Source: Candidatus Latescibacterota bacterium
Lineage (GTDB): Bacteria; Latescibacterota; UBA2968; SICM01
Direction: 5' to 3'
Assembly: GCA_965217865.1 (NCBI GenBank)
Contig: CBDCJO010000002.1
Location: 4,992,001-5,056,000 of the forward strand
Length of the DNA stretch: 64,000 nt
The position numbers were made by a program, and so were the translations under genes. Shown one piece after another: positions 62,243 to 64,000 of this stretch. Position 1 is the first letter of the stretch. Each line of letters begins with the position of its first letter. Below the pieces are notes generated by a model, which did no database searches, was not told where the DNA came from, and was given only the letters and a program-made list of their open reading frames with translations.

Positions 62243-63214
62243 TCACGAAAGACGATCCACGGATAAGATTTGTCTGTAGAGGTTCGGGAACGTTGCTTTA
62301 AGATCCCCCTGGATGTAGAAGCTCTCCCCGCCGTCCTGAACGGTTCGGACGAGGATCGTCTTGTATGGCCTGAAATAATAACGGGGATCGGTCTTCGGGG
62401 CCTCGACGCGATAGTCTCCATCCAGGGGAATAATATCAAAAACTGCAGTGGTGAATCGTTTTATATCGCGTCCCTCCTGACGGGCGACGTTTCGGGCCAT
62501 CGAAAGGGCTTTGAGATAGACTTCGGGCCCCATGACAGAGGACCCAATGTTGAGGAAAACGCCGCCTTCCAGTTGGGAAACGGTCTGGGTAAAGACCAGG
62601 AAATCGCGGTATGAGGTGTCTCCGGTCGTGGCGCCGTCACAATTCGGGTGTTCGTGGATGATGTCGTAGCCGATCCCGATGTGAACGGTGATCGGAATGC
62701 GAAGCCTGAAACCCGCGGCCAGGAGGCTTAGATCCCGGTGAGGGAATCCCTCCTCCTGGATCATCCTGCCGATCGCCTCACCCAGGCCTATGCCTTCCCG
62801 CTGTCCCAGTTTCGCTGCTTCGTTGATCCTTCCCGTCTCCTCCCAGAGTCCGAATTCCCCCGTCTGGATGTAACGCGCGACCTTCTCCGTCGTGGCTCCG
62901 ATCAGGGCCGTCTCGAAGTCGTGGATCGGTACCGCCCCGTTCATCCCAATGTGGGTGATGAACCCCCGGTCCATGAGATCGATGATCTGGCGGCAAAGGC
63001 CTGCCTTCAGGAGGTGGGCGCCCATCATGAATATTACCTGGCATCCCTTTCGCCGGGCGGAGACGACCTTTTCCGAGACGCTCAAGAGGTCCGGGTTTTC
63101 AAACGGAATCGGAATCTCTTCGACTTTCAGGAGGTCGGGGAGGTTCAGGTCGTGGCGGCGCTCAGACAGGGGCTTGAGTTTCAGTCTGCTACGATCGAAA
63201 GTCGGATAAGGCAC
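62243..63214 (-). CDS. Conserved hypothetical protein, deoxyhypusine-synthase-like fold suspected
   Basis: MGAHLLKAGL, MNGA..IHDFE, IGYDIIHEHP, GSSVMGPEVYLKA. Confidence 0.65.
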   Translation of the reverse strand: MPYPTFDRSRLKLKPLSERRHDLNLPDLLKVEEIPIPFENPDLLSVSEKVVSARRKGCQVIFMMGAHLLKAGLCRQIIDLMDRGFITHIGMNGAVPIHDFETALIGATTEKVARYIQTGEFGLWEETGRINEAAKLGQREGIGLGEAIGRMIQEEGFPHRDLSLLAAGFRLRIPITVHIGIGYDIIHEHPNCDGATTGDTSYRDFLVFTQTVSQLEGGVFLNIGSSVMGPEVYLKALSMARNVARQEGRDIKRFTTAVFDIIPLDGDYRVEAPKTDPRYYFRPYKTILVRTVQDGGESFYIQGDLKATFPNLYRQILSVDRLS

Positions 63215-63260
63215 TTTGGGGTCTCGAATATAAAGGATGAAGAAGCCTTCAGGCTGTTTC

Positions 63261-64000
63261 TTAAATGGACGTTTTCAATTTATCTTCCCTACGGTAGCGC
63301 TCGAGGGCGAGTTGAATCAGTCTGTCGATCAATTCAGTGTATGATATTCCGCTCGCCTTCAATAATCTCGGATACATGCTGATCTTGGTAAACCCTGGAA
63401 TGGTGTTGAGTTCGCTCACGAGGACCTCGCTGTCCCCCTTCAGGAAAAAGTCCACTCGCGCCATCCCTTCGCAACAGAGGGTTTTGAAGGTTTTGAGGGC
63501 CAAACGCTGAACTTCTTCAACAGTTTCCTTTGGGAGCCTGGCGGGGATTTCCGGAACGGCCCCGTTTTCGTCGAGATACTTTGCTTCGTAGGAATAATAA
63601 TCGTGACGGGGGATGACTTCACCTGGGATGGATGCGATGGGCTGGTCGTTCCCCAGTACCGAGCATTCGATTTCCCGGCCATCGATATTTTCCTCTACCA
63701 GAATTTTGTCGTCGTATTGAAAGGCGCTTTTTACGGCGGCGTCGAAATCCGCTCTGTCCAAGGCCTTGGTGACTCCGACGGATGAGCCCATGTTGGCGGG
63801 TTTGACAAACATGGGCACCCCCAATTGTTCCTTTGTTATTTCGAAGTCGATTTCATCGTGCCGGTTGAAGGACCGGAATTTTGGCGTAGGGATGCCTGCT
63901 TCTCTGAAAAGGCGCTTCATGACATCTTTGTCCATCCCCGCCGCCGAACCCAGAACACCCGGGCCGACAAAGGGGACGTTCGCAAGTTTCAGCAAACCCT
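63261..64000 (-). CDS. ddl: D-alanine-D-alanine ligase (5' end outside window)
   Basis: MDKD..K, FVKPANMGSSVG, GREIEC, YSYEAKY, ARVDFF, ELNTIPGFT..SMYP. Confidence 0.95.
   Translation of the reverse strand, partial: GLLKLANVPFVGPGVLGSAAGMDKDVMKRLFREAGIPTPKFRSFNRHDEIDFEITKEQLGVPMFVKPANMGSSVGVTKALDRADFDAAVKSAFQYDDKILVEENIDGREIECSVLGNDQPIASIPGEVIPRHDYYSYEAKYLDENGAVPEIPARLPKETVEEVQRLALKTFKTLCCEGMARVDFFLKGDSEVLVSELNTIPGFTKISMYPRLLKASGISYTELIDRLIQLALERYRREDKLKTSI

Noticed and set aside
62182-62439. N-terminal extension of the PfkB kinase ORF
   Set aside because: Overlaps the upstream gene; family similarity begins at MNRARLE

Overview
Bacterial chromosomal window. The C-terminal DFDDFFxFAxxFG-type motif of a large surface protein suggests a Candidatus Latescibacterota-like organism (inference only). 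1-3.3 kb holds a glycosyltransferase / GH4 / SDR cluster. 3.5-26.8 kb is a heavily decayed accessory region. It contains an IS1595 element inserted into a DUF1016(YhcG)-N + thermonuclease fusion gene, a candidate toxin-antitoxin pair and a truncated tyrosine recombinase (missed by the ORF track). A co-oriented array of integron-like cassettes with attC-like hairpins follows; several hairpins are split by IS3-family and IS110-family elements. The array is bracketed by two mutually inverted mosaics of short repeats, which carry degenerate copies of the DUF1016-nuclease gene. Those copies keep a perfect 24-26 bp palindrome through compensatory changes. From 26.8 kb the window is mostly core genome: sialidase-like protein, Ig-repeat surface protein, GAF-PP2C phosphatase, a structured ncRNA candidate, amidase, pcm, lptF/G, frameshifted rhamnulokinase, clpX, ybeY, 7TM-HD, phoH, aspS, hisS, rfbB/rfbC, an internally deleted MEMO1 gene, cold-shock protein, tatC, mnmA, bioF-bioA-bioD (bioF lacks its PLP lysine), an HldE-like kinase and partial ddl. 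No CRISPR array, tRNA or rRNA was seen. All calls come from reading the sequence by eye; no searches were run.
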